Shown here one piece after another: positions 1 through 11,569 of a stretch of 64,000 nucleotides of DNA (positions are counted from its first letter, which is position 1; each line of letters starts with the position of its first letter). A program made the position numbers and the translations under genes. The notes beneath the pieces were generated by a model. It did not search any database. It saw only the letters and a program-made list of their open reading frames with translations, and was not told the DNA's origin. Origin of the DNA: Callorhinchus milii. Taxonomy: Eukaryota. The stretch covers positions 91,514,001-91,578,000 of the forward strand of contig NW_024704743.1 in NCBI RefSeq assembly GCF_018977255.1, in the 5' to 3' direction.

Positions 1-364
1 CAGTTAGCAGTCAGGCTTGGCTGAAATTTCCATGTCATTATAAATTTTGGCAGGAGCTTAAACACAACAATCAGTTTTGCATGGCCCACAGGGATTTTTT
101 TCTTTTCCTATCCGACTTTCCAAACTATTGCATGATTTCATGGTTAACATCATGAGGATATCTGGGCCGCTGCAGTGGTAACCATGGTTGATTCCTCTCC
201 ACACTTTTCCTTCCTCAGATGCACTCCCATTAATTATAATGTCCCTGCTTCAATGTGAATCTAGAACCTATCTACAATCTCCTCATCCAGATTGAATGGG
301 CAATGGGTCACCAAGTAAACCACTGGAGAACCTCTTCCACAGCTTGCTTAAGGCTGTGTAACAT

Positions 365-515
365 AATAATCGTTGCATTTCATATATCGCCTTTCACATC
401 TTGTGGACATCTCAAAGCACTTCACAGCAAGTGTAATGACTGTGTATTTTCTAAGTAAACGCAGCGGTCGATTTGCACATGGCAATGACCCATAAACAGC
501 CATGAAGTGAACATG
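365..515 (-). mobile_element. Degenerate SINE 3' part (Deu-type/L2-like tail)
   Basis: Reverse complement of the ...tgtgaagtgctttgagatgtc...gtgaaaggcgatat...atgcaa(cg)attatt tail seen in the other SINE copies. Confidence 0.65.
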
Positions 516-554
516 TGTTGAGACTGTCACATGTGTTGTTTCAAAACTATTTTA

Positions 555-1355
555 ACCTCAGGCTCTGGCAACATCAACCTCCATGGTTGCACACTACAAC
601 TCACCAAGCCAGTCAGGAACCTAGGTGTCTTGTTCGACCCTCAACTGTCTTTTCTCCCCCACATCCAAGCCATGACCCGCTCTGCCTTCCCTCACCATCA
701 TAACATTGCCCGACTTCGCCACTACCTCACCCCTCAGGCCGCTGAAACTCTTGTTTATACCTTCATCACCTCCAGGCTCGACTATGCAAACGCCCTCCTG
801 CTTGTTGGCCCTCCCAATTCCTCCTTCCGCAGGCTGCAGATAATCCAGAACTCTGCAGCCCGTGTCCTCTCCCGCACCAAACTCCATGACCCCATCTCCC
901 CCACTCTCACCCGACTCCACTGGCTCCCTATCCTTCAGAGGATCCAGTTCAAGATCCTGGTCCTCACCTACAAAGCCCTCCATGGCCTCACCCTACCCTA
1001 CCTCTGCGACACCTAACCCCCTACGAACCCGCCCGTTCCCTCCGCTCAGCCGACTCTGGCCTGCTCCACGTCCCCCAACCCACCCGCCCCACCATTGGCG
1101 GGAGAACCTTCAGCCACTCTGCCCCCAACTTCTGGAATTCCATCCCCCAGTCACTCCGCCTCACTCCCTCCTTAGCCTCCTTCAAGTCCTGCCTCAAGAT
1201 CCTCCTCTTCGACCATGCCATTGGCCACCCCCTTTCCCCTCCCCTCCCTTCCCTTCCTGACCCCTGCTCGGGTCTGAAATGCTGTACACTGTCCAGCCCC
1301 TTGGGGTCCTCCCGACGTGAAAGGCGCTGTACAAGTGTAATCTCTTGTTGTTGTT
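555..1355 (+). mobile_element. 5'-truncated L2-clade LINE (ORF2 C-terminus, 3'UTR, (TTG)n tail)
   Basis: Translated motifs VRNLGVLFD, ITSRLDY, QNSAARV, LHWLP..RIQFK; pyrimidine-rich 3'UTR; terminal stem-loop followed by (TTG)n. Confidence 0.9.
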
Positions 1356-2982
1356 ATCCCCATTGTATTTTTTTGTCAAAATCTCGTAATCTCATTGTTG
1401 TTATTTTCAGGTAATAATAATAAAAATCCTTGCATTTCATATTACCCCTTATCGTGTCTTCTAGACGTCTCACAGCGCTTCACAGAATATACTGTAAAGT
1501 GAATTGACTGCATATTTTTGTGGGCAGATCATTTTTCATGTGTAAAGATTCTTCTCTAAGGCCTAAAAGATAAAATTCAGACTCTACCTCCACACGCATT
1601 TTTAAAAGCAGTTCCCAACAGCAAAGTTCAAAAGAAGCTATTTTCTTTCTAACTTTCAAACATCCATTGTGCTTATTTTTTTTCTTTCCTTCAACACTTG
1701 CAATGTTTCCAGCTATCTAAGCAGCCTGAAATTTGATACCAGATTAACTTTTGTTGTGGTATTCAATCTTAGTTACACAGACTGGCAGGCATTGGGCATC
1801 CTATTTATTATCTTTTGATGTGCAACGCAGCACCCCCGGCACATTCACAAAATCGAGTTTGTGGCAGAACGGAGTTAATTTACTGTAACATTTTTTTATT
1901 TGATAAAGACAGAATGCTTGGTGGATTAGTATCATCATCTTAGGTTTTCAGGCTCTGTATGCTTCATAAGCTTATCAGTAACTCAGGCAGCATCGTTGGT
2001 AATTTGTTTCAGAGCTGGGATAGTGAATATGGAATGCTCTTGCCCTCTGCAGATCAGACTCGGCATGTGCTCTGCATGTGCTGAATACAGCAGTCAGAGA
2101 CCAGTTGTCTTTTGGTTTTAATAACTGCTTTGATTTGGTTGAACAAAACAACACAGTTTAAAAAAGTGGGATTCCTAACAGGATTTCTTAATGAGAAAAA
2201 TTAGTCGCAACCTTCTGATAACTGAAAGCACGTTGCTCTGATATCAACAACAGCAAATCAATAACAAATTGCATTTATTTAGCATCTTTCCATGTTGGGA
2301 GGACGTCCCAAGGTTCTAGACAGGGTTTGCAACTGAGCTGAGGGTCGGAGTCAAGAGGAGTGGAGGGTAAGGTGGGTGGGGTGTAGGGGGGTGCGGTGGA
2401 GAATTGACCTGTGGGAACTCTGCTCTGATGCTATTCATGAGTTAAGTAACAATTCTTATAGGATTTTGAACCCTGTTAGAAATAAGTCATTTTAGATCTC
2501 AATAGGAGCATGTAACATCAAATCTAAGATGAAACAATGGAGTTTGAGTTGATAATCGTCGATTTCTTACAGCACTAGATATTGTTTGGATCAGTGTTTT
2601 CCTCCATAGGAGCCTTTAAAACATTTTTAGGTCACCATCTAGGATTTTAGGCGAACAAAAATTTTTTCAACCTAACAGCGACATCCGATACTATTTTTAC
2701 AGGATTTTGGCTGAATTAAGCTGTTATCTGAGCTTTAGCTGATGAAATCTGACATTTCTGTGATCGGAAATGATTGGTAGAGACACAATCTATTGACCTG
2801 AGATATAGACCCAAAGCCTAAAATGGCAGAACATAAGGTTTATGTTTTATATTTATATTTTCCCAAGTTTGAAGAAATAGAAAGGTGCCAGTCTGGCTCA
2901 GTTGGTAGCACTCTTGCAACCGAGTCAGAGTCTGATGCTGGTTTTCAATTGGAGGGAAAGAGAGAAAGAGGGAGGGAGGTTC

Positions 2983-3298
2983 GTGGAGTCCTGTAGCTCA
3001 GTGGTTAGAGCACTTGCCTTGCAAGCGAGACACCTGGGTTCAATTCCAGGCAGGTGAAACCTTGGGCAAGTTTACTTATTCCACACGCCTAATAATAATC
3101 CCTCAAAACAAAAACAATAATAAACTGGCCATTTTCAATCCACAACTGTTCGTGGGACACTGCTGTACACATTTGGCTGCTGCGTTTCGCCCACAAATAT
3201 ACGGTCAATTCACTTTACAGCATATTCTGTGAAGTGTTTTGAGACGTCTGGAAGATGTGAAAAGCGCTATATCGAATGCAAGGATTATTATTATTATT
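2983..3298 (+). mobile_element. tRNA-Ala-derived SINE (family A), full length
   Basis: Head gtggagtcctgtagctcagtggttagagc (A box), TGC anticodon-like loop, ggttcaattcc (B box), (TTA)n tail. Confidence 0.9.
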
Positions 3299-3545
3299 GC
3301 ACAGCAATGTCTCACAAACAGCCATTGATTGGAGTGACTAATTTTATATGGGGGATCGTAGGTCTGGACACTGGGACGAACTCTCTTCTGAGATGGGGTT
3401 TTGGTTTTACATCTCATCCAAAGGATGTCACCTCCAATAATACATTGGAATCTCAACACAGACTATATGAATTGCAAACCTGAACTTGAGCCCCTAACTT
3501 TCTGACTCAGAGGTGAGAGTGCTACCAATTGAGACAGTCAGACTC
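3299..3545 (-). mobile_element. Older Deu-domain SINE (family B), degenerate
   Basis: Reverse complement of the head ctcaattggtagcactctcacctctgagtcagaaag and of the Deu-like ggaggtgacatcctttggatgagatgtaaa segment. Confidence 0.75.
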
Positions 3546-3819
3546 CAATGTCTTCTGTCATTCTAATATTTTAGAGAGCAAGCCAGTGGAGGTTCAGTCA
3601 AGAACAAGATGGAGCCAAATTCAATTAATGTATCTCACTCTCAGAACTACAACTACTTAAATTCTCATCACCAGCACAGCTAGATAGAAAGATCACTTTC
3701 AACAGCCTGATTGGGGTGTCTGACCCATTGAACACAAATACTACATCATCAATCTCCTCTTTGCACTCAGCCTCCACAAAGACTTGCAAAGAGATCAGGA
3801 ACAGAACAGACTCAGCACA

Positions 3820-3945
3820 AACGTGTTGGATGGCATAGAGGAGGAAGGACTTGGTGTATCTGTTCCAGGCCTCTCTGACAGGATAGCAGCACTTCTGTTT
3901 ACAGATGATATTGTGCTGCTAGTGGACTCACTTGGGGACCTTCTG
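3820..3945 (+). mobile_element. Short reverse-transcriptase relic from a non-L2/CR1 LINE (RTE/RTE-X-like)
   Basis: Translation GIEEEGLGVSVPGLSDRIAALLFTDDIVLLVDSLGDL resembles the LL(F/Y)ADDIVLL catalytic motif. Confidence 0.55.
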
Positions 3946-4700
3946 CACTGCACCCACCATCTTGAACACCATGGGACATGGTGGTAGGCAGAATCATGGT
4001 TCTGAACGGCCCAAGTGAAGACATCGAGGGAATTGATTGGAAGATACAAGGGGCATCAGTCATTAACTTACAGCTTGTAAGACTGTCAACAAAATGTCAG
4101 AGAAAAATGAGAGGCAGGTGGTCAAGAATTTGCACAGGAGGGTAAAGAAAGTCCCCAAAGAAATAAAGTATCTCTTTGGCCCAAAGATCATCCTCCACCT
4201 TTCACCAGGGCCGGGGTAGCAACTTCAAAGAATAACTTGCACTGGGTCCCACTCCCTGAAGAAGCTTTCAGTGTTGTGATTGCAGATGTCAGAGGAATCA
4301 CTAAGGGAACCAGCTGCTTTTAATCTGAAATGATCCAGTCTTTCCTTCTAGCCCATGATTCACAAATGTATGAATATAGTATTGAAGGGCTTTTGAGTGA
4401 TGCTTTAATAATGGGGGAGAAAGTGTGTTTATTAACTGAGAAATAAAACTCTGCATCTGAGAGATTTCTTTTATTGAATACCAACTGCCTTATTTTAATA
4501 GCATGTTGCAGTTCCAGGTAGCAAACATAATCAGAAGATATAGTAGATCTGCCACCTCGTGGCCAATACACCACACAACCCCACCACCCCTGAAACGTCA
4601 TCACGCTTGTCTAACGACAATGATGTCTTTCACTTCAGGTAGGATTATGAATGTTGAAGAATATTGAGAAAGCACAAAGTGAAAAGAAAGTTAGAGCGAG

Positions 4701-5023
4701 AATAAATAATAATCCTTGCATTTGATATAGCGCTTTTCACATCGGGAGGACGTCCCAAAGCGCTTCACAGAACACACTGTAAAGTGAATTGACTGTATAT
4801 TTGTGGGCGAACGCGGCAGAAATTGCGCACAGCAATGTCCCACAAACAGTCGTAGATTGAAAATGACCAATTTATTATTGTTTTTGGTTTTTTTTGGAGG
4901 GATTATTATTAGGCTCTGTGTGGAGTAAGGAAACTTGCCCAAGGTTTCGCCCTCTGCCTGGAATTGAACTCAGGTCTCTCACTTGCAAAGCGAGTGCTCT
5001 AACCACTGAGCTACAGGACTCCA
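4701..5023 (-). mobile_element. SINE family A, full length
   Basis: Reverse complement of the family A head and tail. Confidence 0.9.
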
Positions 5024-5257
5024 GTTACTAACCTTTTGTAGCTAACGGGTTATAATTTGCTCCAGAAGATCTATGATTGAAACCATGAGTGCAGATTACA
5101 TCCAATTGGGGAAGTTTTAAAGTAAAAACTTTCACTTCTTACCTGGGAACAATAATTACAATTCAGGCGTTATATAAAGATTCCGCCCAGCCATGGTTAA
5201 AGATCATACCGAAAACATTAAACTACAAATATGCTGTATTTCCTGATTGAAATTTAA

Positions 5258-5690
5258 GTGTCAGCCTAACTCAGTTAGTAGTACTCTTGACTCGAAGTCA
5301 GAAGGTTGTCCATTCAGAGCCCCATCTAGGAACTTTGACCTCATAAATCTAGGTTGATGCTCCAATGCAGGGCTGAGGCTGTACTACATTGTTGGAGCTG
5401 CTGTCCCTCAAATGAGACTTAAATCTAAGGTGCTGTGTGGAGGTTAAAAATCCCATGCTACTATTTGAAAAGAAACATGAGTTTCTCATGGTTTCCTGGC
5501 CAACAATTACTGGCTGTTTGTGGGACATTGTTTTATGTAAATTGGCTGTCACATTCACCCACAAATCAGACAGTCACTACACTTTATAGTAAATAAACTA
5601 TATATAAGCTTTATAGTAAATCGTGTAAAGCATTTTGGGCCATTGTTCTCCCTGACGTGAAAGATGTTCTATCAAATGGAGGATTACTGT
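5258..5690 (+). mobile_element. Deu-domain SINE family B, degenerate
   Basis: tRNA-like head ctcagttagtagtactcttgac...gtcagaaggttg, Deu-like aaaaatcccatg...tcctggccaac, L2-like tail. Confidence 0.75.
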
Positions 5691-6034
5691 GATTACTTCA
5701 GCATTCCAGCATTACAGAATTTGCACACATTGTAGTGGTGAGTAGGAGAGTTTGGCGTGTGAATTTTGATAATAATCCTTGCATTTGATATAGCACTTTT
5801 CAACTTTTCACATCTTCTAGACGTCTCCAAGTGCTTCACATAATATACTGTAAAGTGAATTGATTGTATATTTTGTGGGTGAAATTTTAAGTCTAAAGCT
5901 GTAAGTAGGGAACGCAGACAAGTAAACCCATTGGAAGCTACCGAGTCCCAACAGTACCTGGTCAGTGAACCCTAGTATTTCTTACTATACACACATGCAC
6001 AGGTTCAATTTCGAGTGAACATAAGAACATAAGC

Positions 6035-6265
6035 AAAAACAGAAGTTGCTGGGAAAACTCAGCAGGTCAGGCAACATCTATGGAGAAAGGAAAGTGAGTC
6101 AACGTTTCGGATCACGACCCTTCATCATCTGACGAAGGGTCGTGGACACGAAACATTGACTCACTTTCCTTTCTCCATAGATGCTGCCTGACCTGCTGAG
6201 TGTTCCCAGCAACTTCTATTTTTGTTTTCAGATTTCCAGCATCTGCAGTATTTTGTGTTTTGTTT
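6035..6265. mobile_element. Palindromic non-autonomous Penelope-like element with a 13-14-bp TSD
   Basis: Arms ~6035-6127 and ~6130-6223 are near-perfect reverse complements; ATAAGAACATAAGC flanks it at 6021-6034 and 6266-6279. Confidence 0.8.
6129..6162 (+). ncRNA. Minimal type-I hammerhead ribozyme-like motif (degenerate)
   Basis: CTGACGA, then stem II (agggtc gtg gacac), then GAAAC; the opposite arm reads TGATGA-agggtcgtgatcc-GAAACGTT on the minus strand. Confidence 0.55.
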
Positions 6266-6487
6266 ATAAGAACATAAGCCTTTGCTTGGTGAAAGAAAAC
6301 CAAGGTCCATCCAGTTCACCTTCCACCATCCTGGCAGTTGCAGGCACATGTCATGTCCCAAACTATATACTATATCTCAATATATTGTTTCCTAGCGAAA
6401 TCTATCTAATTTGTTCTTCAAAGAATCAACACTTTCTGCTTCCACCATCTCTCTCGGGAGCCTGTTCCATCCGTTTACTGTGTGCTA

Positions 6488-8400
6488 GTAAATCCCTAAC
6501 CGCTGCCTTGGAGTCCTCTGAACTCCTCTCCCTCTGGCCTTCAACCCTCACCGACCCCTCTTCTGCTCTCACCCTCCTCCACAACACCCTCTCCTCCACA
6601 CTTGACACTCTTGTCCCTATCACCTCCCGCACTGTCTCCTACTCTCGCTCCTCCCCCTGGTTCACCACCCACCTCCGTTCACTGAAGAGCCAGGTACGGG
6701 CCGCTGAACGCACCTGTGTCAAATCTGGCCTAACGGTCCACTGACAAATCTGGCTGGACCTCCTCAAAATCTACCGCTCCACTCTAGCCTCGGCCAAATC
6801 GTCCTTCTACTCCAGGATAATCCTGGAGGCGAAGAACAACCCCAGGCTACTGTTCTCTACCACATCCCAACTCCTCCGTCCCCCCCGCCACCCCGCGCAG
6901 GTCATCTCCTCCAACCTTCACTGCGAGGAGATGCTGGATTTCCTTGAATCCAAGATCAAGGGAATCCGCTCCGCGGTCACTTCCCCTCCAACATCCACCC
7001 ACCACCCACCCCTTCCCTCCCACACTCCGACTCCTACCCATCCTCCCCTACACACCTTCGTACCCGTTTCCCCATCCTCTGTCACCAAACTCATCCTCTC
7101 CCTGAAACCTACCACCTGCTCCCTTGACCCCATCCCCACTCCACTCCTTATCTCCCAGCTCCACCTCCTTGCCCCACATATCACAGACATCGTCAACCTG
7201 TCCCTCTCCTCTGGCTCTATTCCCATTCCCTTAAAAACTGCCACCATCACTCCCACCTTAAAAAAACCCTCCCTTGATGCATCGCAGCTATCAAGCTACC
7301 GGCCCATCTCCAACCTCCCCTTCCTATCCAAGGTCCTGGAACGAGTTGTCGCCTCCCAGCTGCGCTCTTTCCTCTCCAACCATTCACTATTCGAACCCCT
7401 TCAATCGGGTTTCCGTGCTGCCCATAGCACAGAAACTGCCCTGGTCAAGGTCACCAATGATATCCTGACCATCTGTGACCAGGGCTCCCTCTGCCTCCTC
7501 GTCCTCCTCGACCTATCGGCAGCATTCGATACGGTCGACCACGCTATCCTCCTCCACCGCTTGTCCTCCCACCTAAACCTTCAAGGCCCTGTCCTTGAGT
7601 GGTTTAGGTCATACCTCTCCCACCGGCTTCACTTTGTCTCCACAAATCGACCCTGAGCTGTCCTTTCTCCCCCATATCCGCGCCACAACTGGCACCGCCT
7701 TCCATCACCTCCGGAATATCGCCAGACTACGGCACTGCCTCACCCCTCACGCTGCTGAAACTCTGGTCCACGCCTTTATCACCTCAAGGCTGGACTATGG
7801 GAACTCTCTCCTCGCCGGCCTTCCCGGCACCTCCCTCCACAAGCTGCAGGTCATTCAGAACTCTGCAGCTCGTGTACTGTCCCGCACCAGGCTTCGGGAC
7901 CACATCACTCCCACCCTCGCTCGCCTCCACTGGCGCCCCATCCCCCAGAGGATCGAATTCAAGATCCTCATCCTCACCTACAAGGCCATTCACGGCCTTG
8001 CTCCCTCCTACCTCTCCGACCTACTATCCCCCTACCTACCCGCCCGTACCCTCCGTTCCTCTGGCTCCGGTCTGCTCCACATGCCCCGCCCCAACCACCC
8101 TACTATCGGTGGACGGGCCTTCAGCCTCTCAGCCCCTAGGCTCTGGAACTCTATCCCCCAGTGCCTTCGCCGCCTCCTCCCTTTCCTCCTTCAAGGCCGG
8201 TCTCAAGACCTTTCTCTTTGACCGTGCCTTCAGCTCCCCTCTCGACTCTCTACCCCCTCCTCACTCCCTCCCTTCCCTCCCCTCACCCTGACCATTTCCC
8301 CCCAATGCTCGGGTCCTGACCCAACTGTACAGCGCCTTGGGACGTCCTCCCGACGTGAAAGGCGCTCAATAAATGGAATCTTGTTGTTGTTGTTGTTGTT
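6488..8400 (+). mobile_element. Young L2 LINE, 5'-truncated, with internal deletion of the RT core
   Basis: ORF 6931-7656 has YRPISNLPFLSKVLE, QSGFR..HSTETAL and LDLSAAFDTVDH. At ~7648 it jumps directly to DPELSF; 3' stem-loop and (TTG)n follow. Confidence 0.95.
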
Positions 8401-9197
8401 GCTAACTGAAGTAGTGTTTCTGCAGATTTATTCTGAATTCACTCCCTTTCAATCGCAAGCCGTGTCCTCTGGTTCTACATGTTACTTTTTTGTTAGTTTT
8501 TTTGACCGAGAAAAGGTTCCAAAACAAAAAGTTTAGGTTTTTATTTGATCAGCAGGGTGTCTGACACATGATGATACCTTTTAGAATGCTTAAGAGTATC
8601 CAAACCAGACTGAAAATTCCATGCATCCCACCTACATGTGCAAATTCCTGTGTTTGAAATGGAATATGCACTCTCTGCCTGGAAAGACTTACGGAAATTG
8701 ATGAATGCAATGCACATGAGTTTCCTCTGAACCTTAGTCGTTCATATAAAGTCACAATGAGTCCCACGTAGTGCTTACGAGAACAAACTGTGCAGTGAAT
8801 TCTGAAACACCACCTTAAGGTGCCACTAGAGACACCCTTCTGATGGATAAAACACACTCTTTAGCACTGATGGTGTGAGTACCTCAGACAGAATTCTGTT
8901 CACCAATCCTAGAAGAGCTCAAGACACTGACGATTTCTGGCATTGAACTGTAAGACCCTCACCATTCCCCACACCCCTCTTCCTGAGAGGCTTTTAGGAA
9001 CTACATGATACAACAAGAGTGTTCTAGACATAGGTAGTTTATTTACTTTTTGATGGAGACAACTCTTTGCTAAATATTATTTAGTGTGGCACTTGTTTTA
9101 TCTTTACTGCTCTGAATCTCACACTGCATGGATCAAGGGGATGACATAAAGAACAAAGATCTCCTCAGTAATAGCTGATGTGTGCCAAACGTCATGA

Positions 9198-10273
9198 TGG
9201 AGTCCTGGAGCTCAGTGGTTAGAGCACTCGCTTCGCAAGCAAGAGGATCTGGGTTCGATTCCTAGCAGGATGAAACGTTGGGCAGTTTCCTTACTCCACA
9301 TGCCTCTGTTTACTAGCAGTAAGTAGGAACTTGGCTGTTAGTCGATTGGCGGATTGCTTTTCTGGGGATAATAATCCCTTCCATAAATAAATAAACACTA
9401 ATTTGGGCACTTCAATAGACGCATGTTTGTTGAACACTGCTGTGCGCAGTTGGCTGCCGCGTTTCGCTCACAAAATATACAGTCAATTCACTTTACAGTA
9501 TATTCTGTGAAGCGCTTTGAGACATCTCGAAGACATGACATCGTGGAGTCCTGTAGCTCAGTGGTTAGAGCACTCGCTTTGCAAGTGAGACACCTGGGTT
9601 CAATTCCAGGCAGGTCAGGGCGAAACCTTGGGCAAGTTTCCTTACTCCACACGCCTAATAATAATCCCTCCAAAAAAACAAAAACAATAATAAATTGGTC
9701 ATTTTCAATCTACGACTGTTTGTGGGACATTGCTGTGCGCAATTGGCTGCCGCGTTCGCCCACAAATATACAGTCAATTCACTTCACAGTGTGTTCTGTG
9801 AAGCGCTTTGGGACGTCCTCCCGACGTGAAAAGCACTATATCAAATGCAAGGATTATTACTATTATTATTATATTATTATAAGGCACTATATCAAATGCA
9901 AAGATTATTATTTCAGAATTAAATTATAGATTTATTCTTCCCTTAATCAGAGATGAAGTGGAGTCCTGTAGCTCAGTGGTTAGAGCACTCACTTTGCAAG
10001 CGAGAGACCTGGGTTTGATTCCCGGCAGGGTGAAACCTTGGGCAAGTTTCCTTACTCCACATCCTGATAATAATCCCTCAAAAAATAATAATAAATTGGT
10101 CATTTCAATCCACCACTGTTTGTGGGACACTGCTGTGCACAATTAGCTGCCGCATTTTGTCCACAAATATACAATCAATTCACTTTACGGTCTGTTCTGT
10201 GAAGCGCTTTGAGACGTCTAGAAGACGTGAAAAGCGCTATATCAAATGCAAGGATTATTATTATTATTATTAT
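9198..10273 (+). mobile_element. Cluster of three family A SINEs: 9198-9911 (long form) with 9543-9880 nested in its tail, plus 9958-10273
   Basis: Three heads (9198, 9543, 9958); the tail of the first copy resumes at 9881 (aaggcactatatcaaatgca). Confidence 0.9.
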
Positions 10274-11176
10274 AAGTAATCTTTCTCCATAAGGCTTTCA
10301 AGAGCTCTGGGATACTACCCTGAGTGAGGGGTGCTAAATAAATGCAAGTTGTTGTTCTTTCAGATCCAGGCCAGGAACAACTAAATCTGCCGTCAGAGGC
10401 TCAGCTTGGACCTCAATAACTGAACAGATTCTTCCCTGAAAAGGAATGCAACATTCCACCACTAGAGGGACTGCAAGTAAATTCAAAATTAAGTTATAAA
10501 GATAATCCTCTCATTAACAAAAACTGTTCTCGTGCAATAAATAATAACTGATCCAGCAATTCACAAGCCTTCGTTGTGATAACATTCTGTTCATTATCCT
10601 GCCATTGCCTAATGATACAAAAGGTCACAATAGCTTATTATATATTACAGTAGAAATTCACTCATTCAGTCACTCAAGATACTGGGCAAAAATTACATAC
10701 TTAGTGAGGTGACCTGATTACTGAAACAGCGGGCGATTCAGGTCAGTGATGTAATGTTAAGGGATTTGGTAATGGGCAGGTGATGAATATTCAACAACCA
10801 TACTTTGCAATCTGATTAAAGTAAAACCACTGTCACATTTAAAACAAAAGCTGTCATGTGTTCAGCCTTCCTTTTGAGAATGCATCCAACTTGTGTTCTG
10901 CCAATGCTATAGATCACAGCTAACTAACTACGACTTTTGCCCTCACTGTGTTTGATTAAGTTCACTCTCTCATGTAAGGACAACTCCTTCAGTGATGGCA
11001 TGTTTACATCACTTGTCAACACTCACTAAATCAAAACAAACAATGTAAACACAAACCACATGCTCTGAATACAGCACTTATGGAACTGGCTGCAGGAGCT
11101 CAGGTTGGGCCTCGGGCGCTGGGTGAAGTCGATTTTTCACTCGTGTCGCTTCCGCAATCTCAACGCTCCCCACATT

Positions 11177-11288
11177 GTGGAGTCCTGTAGCTCAATGGTT
11201 ACAGCACTCGCTTACAAGCGAGAGACGTGAGTTCAATTCCAGGCAGGTCAGGGCGAAACCTTGGGCAAGTTTCTTTACTCCACGCCTC
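11177..11288 (+). mobile_element. SINE family A, head-only fragment
   Basis: tRNA-like head plus ccttgggcaagttt; no tail. Confidence 0.85.
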
Positions 11289-11569
11289 ATCTTGTCATGG
11301 AGATGTGTTAAAGTGATTCACAACATTTTACTGTAAAGCTTTGTGACTGGGTATTTGTTGGAGAAATTGACAGTAAATTTCTCTATAGCAAAGTCCCACA
11401 AACATCCATGAAGTGAGTGATCAATTTTATCTGGAGGATTATTGGCCAGGACACTGGGAGAAACTCAAATAGTATAGACCTAATTTAACATCTCATCCAA
11501 AGGACAGCACTTCCGACAGTGCAGCACATCCCCAACACTGTATTGTTGTTTCAACCTAGACAGTGTAAT

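Larger units (their letters stand above)
6018..8480 (-). mobile_element. CR1 LINE 3' fragment split by two insertions (pieces ~6018-6034, 6266-6487, 8401-8480)
   Basis: (CATAAGAA)n tail; the pieces are collinear with the CR1 copy at 58135-58420 (shared ccaaggtc, ttccaccatcctggcagttg, tgtcatgtcccaaactatatact, gagcctgttccat, actgaagt, tgtcctctggttcta). Confidence 0.8.

Noticed and set aside
2983..3055. tRNA-Ala(TGC) gene, here and at about 15 similar heads
   Set aside because: The acceptor stem is not intact, and the heads continue into a common SINE body. These are SINE heads, not tRNA genes.
9423..9929. Recurrent peptides such as [17 protein letters not shown] suggesting a gene family
   Set aside because: Translations of SINE copies.
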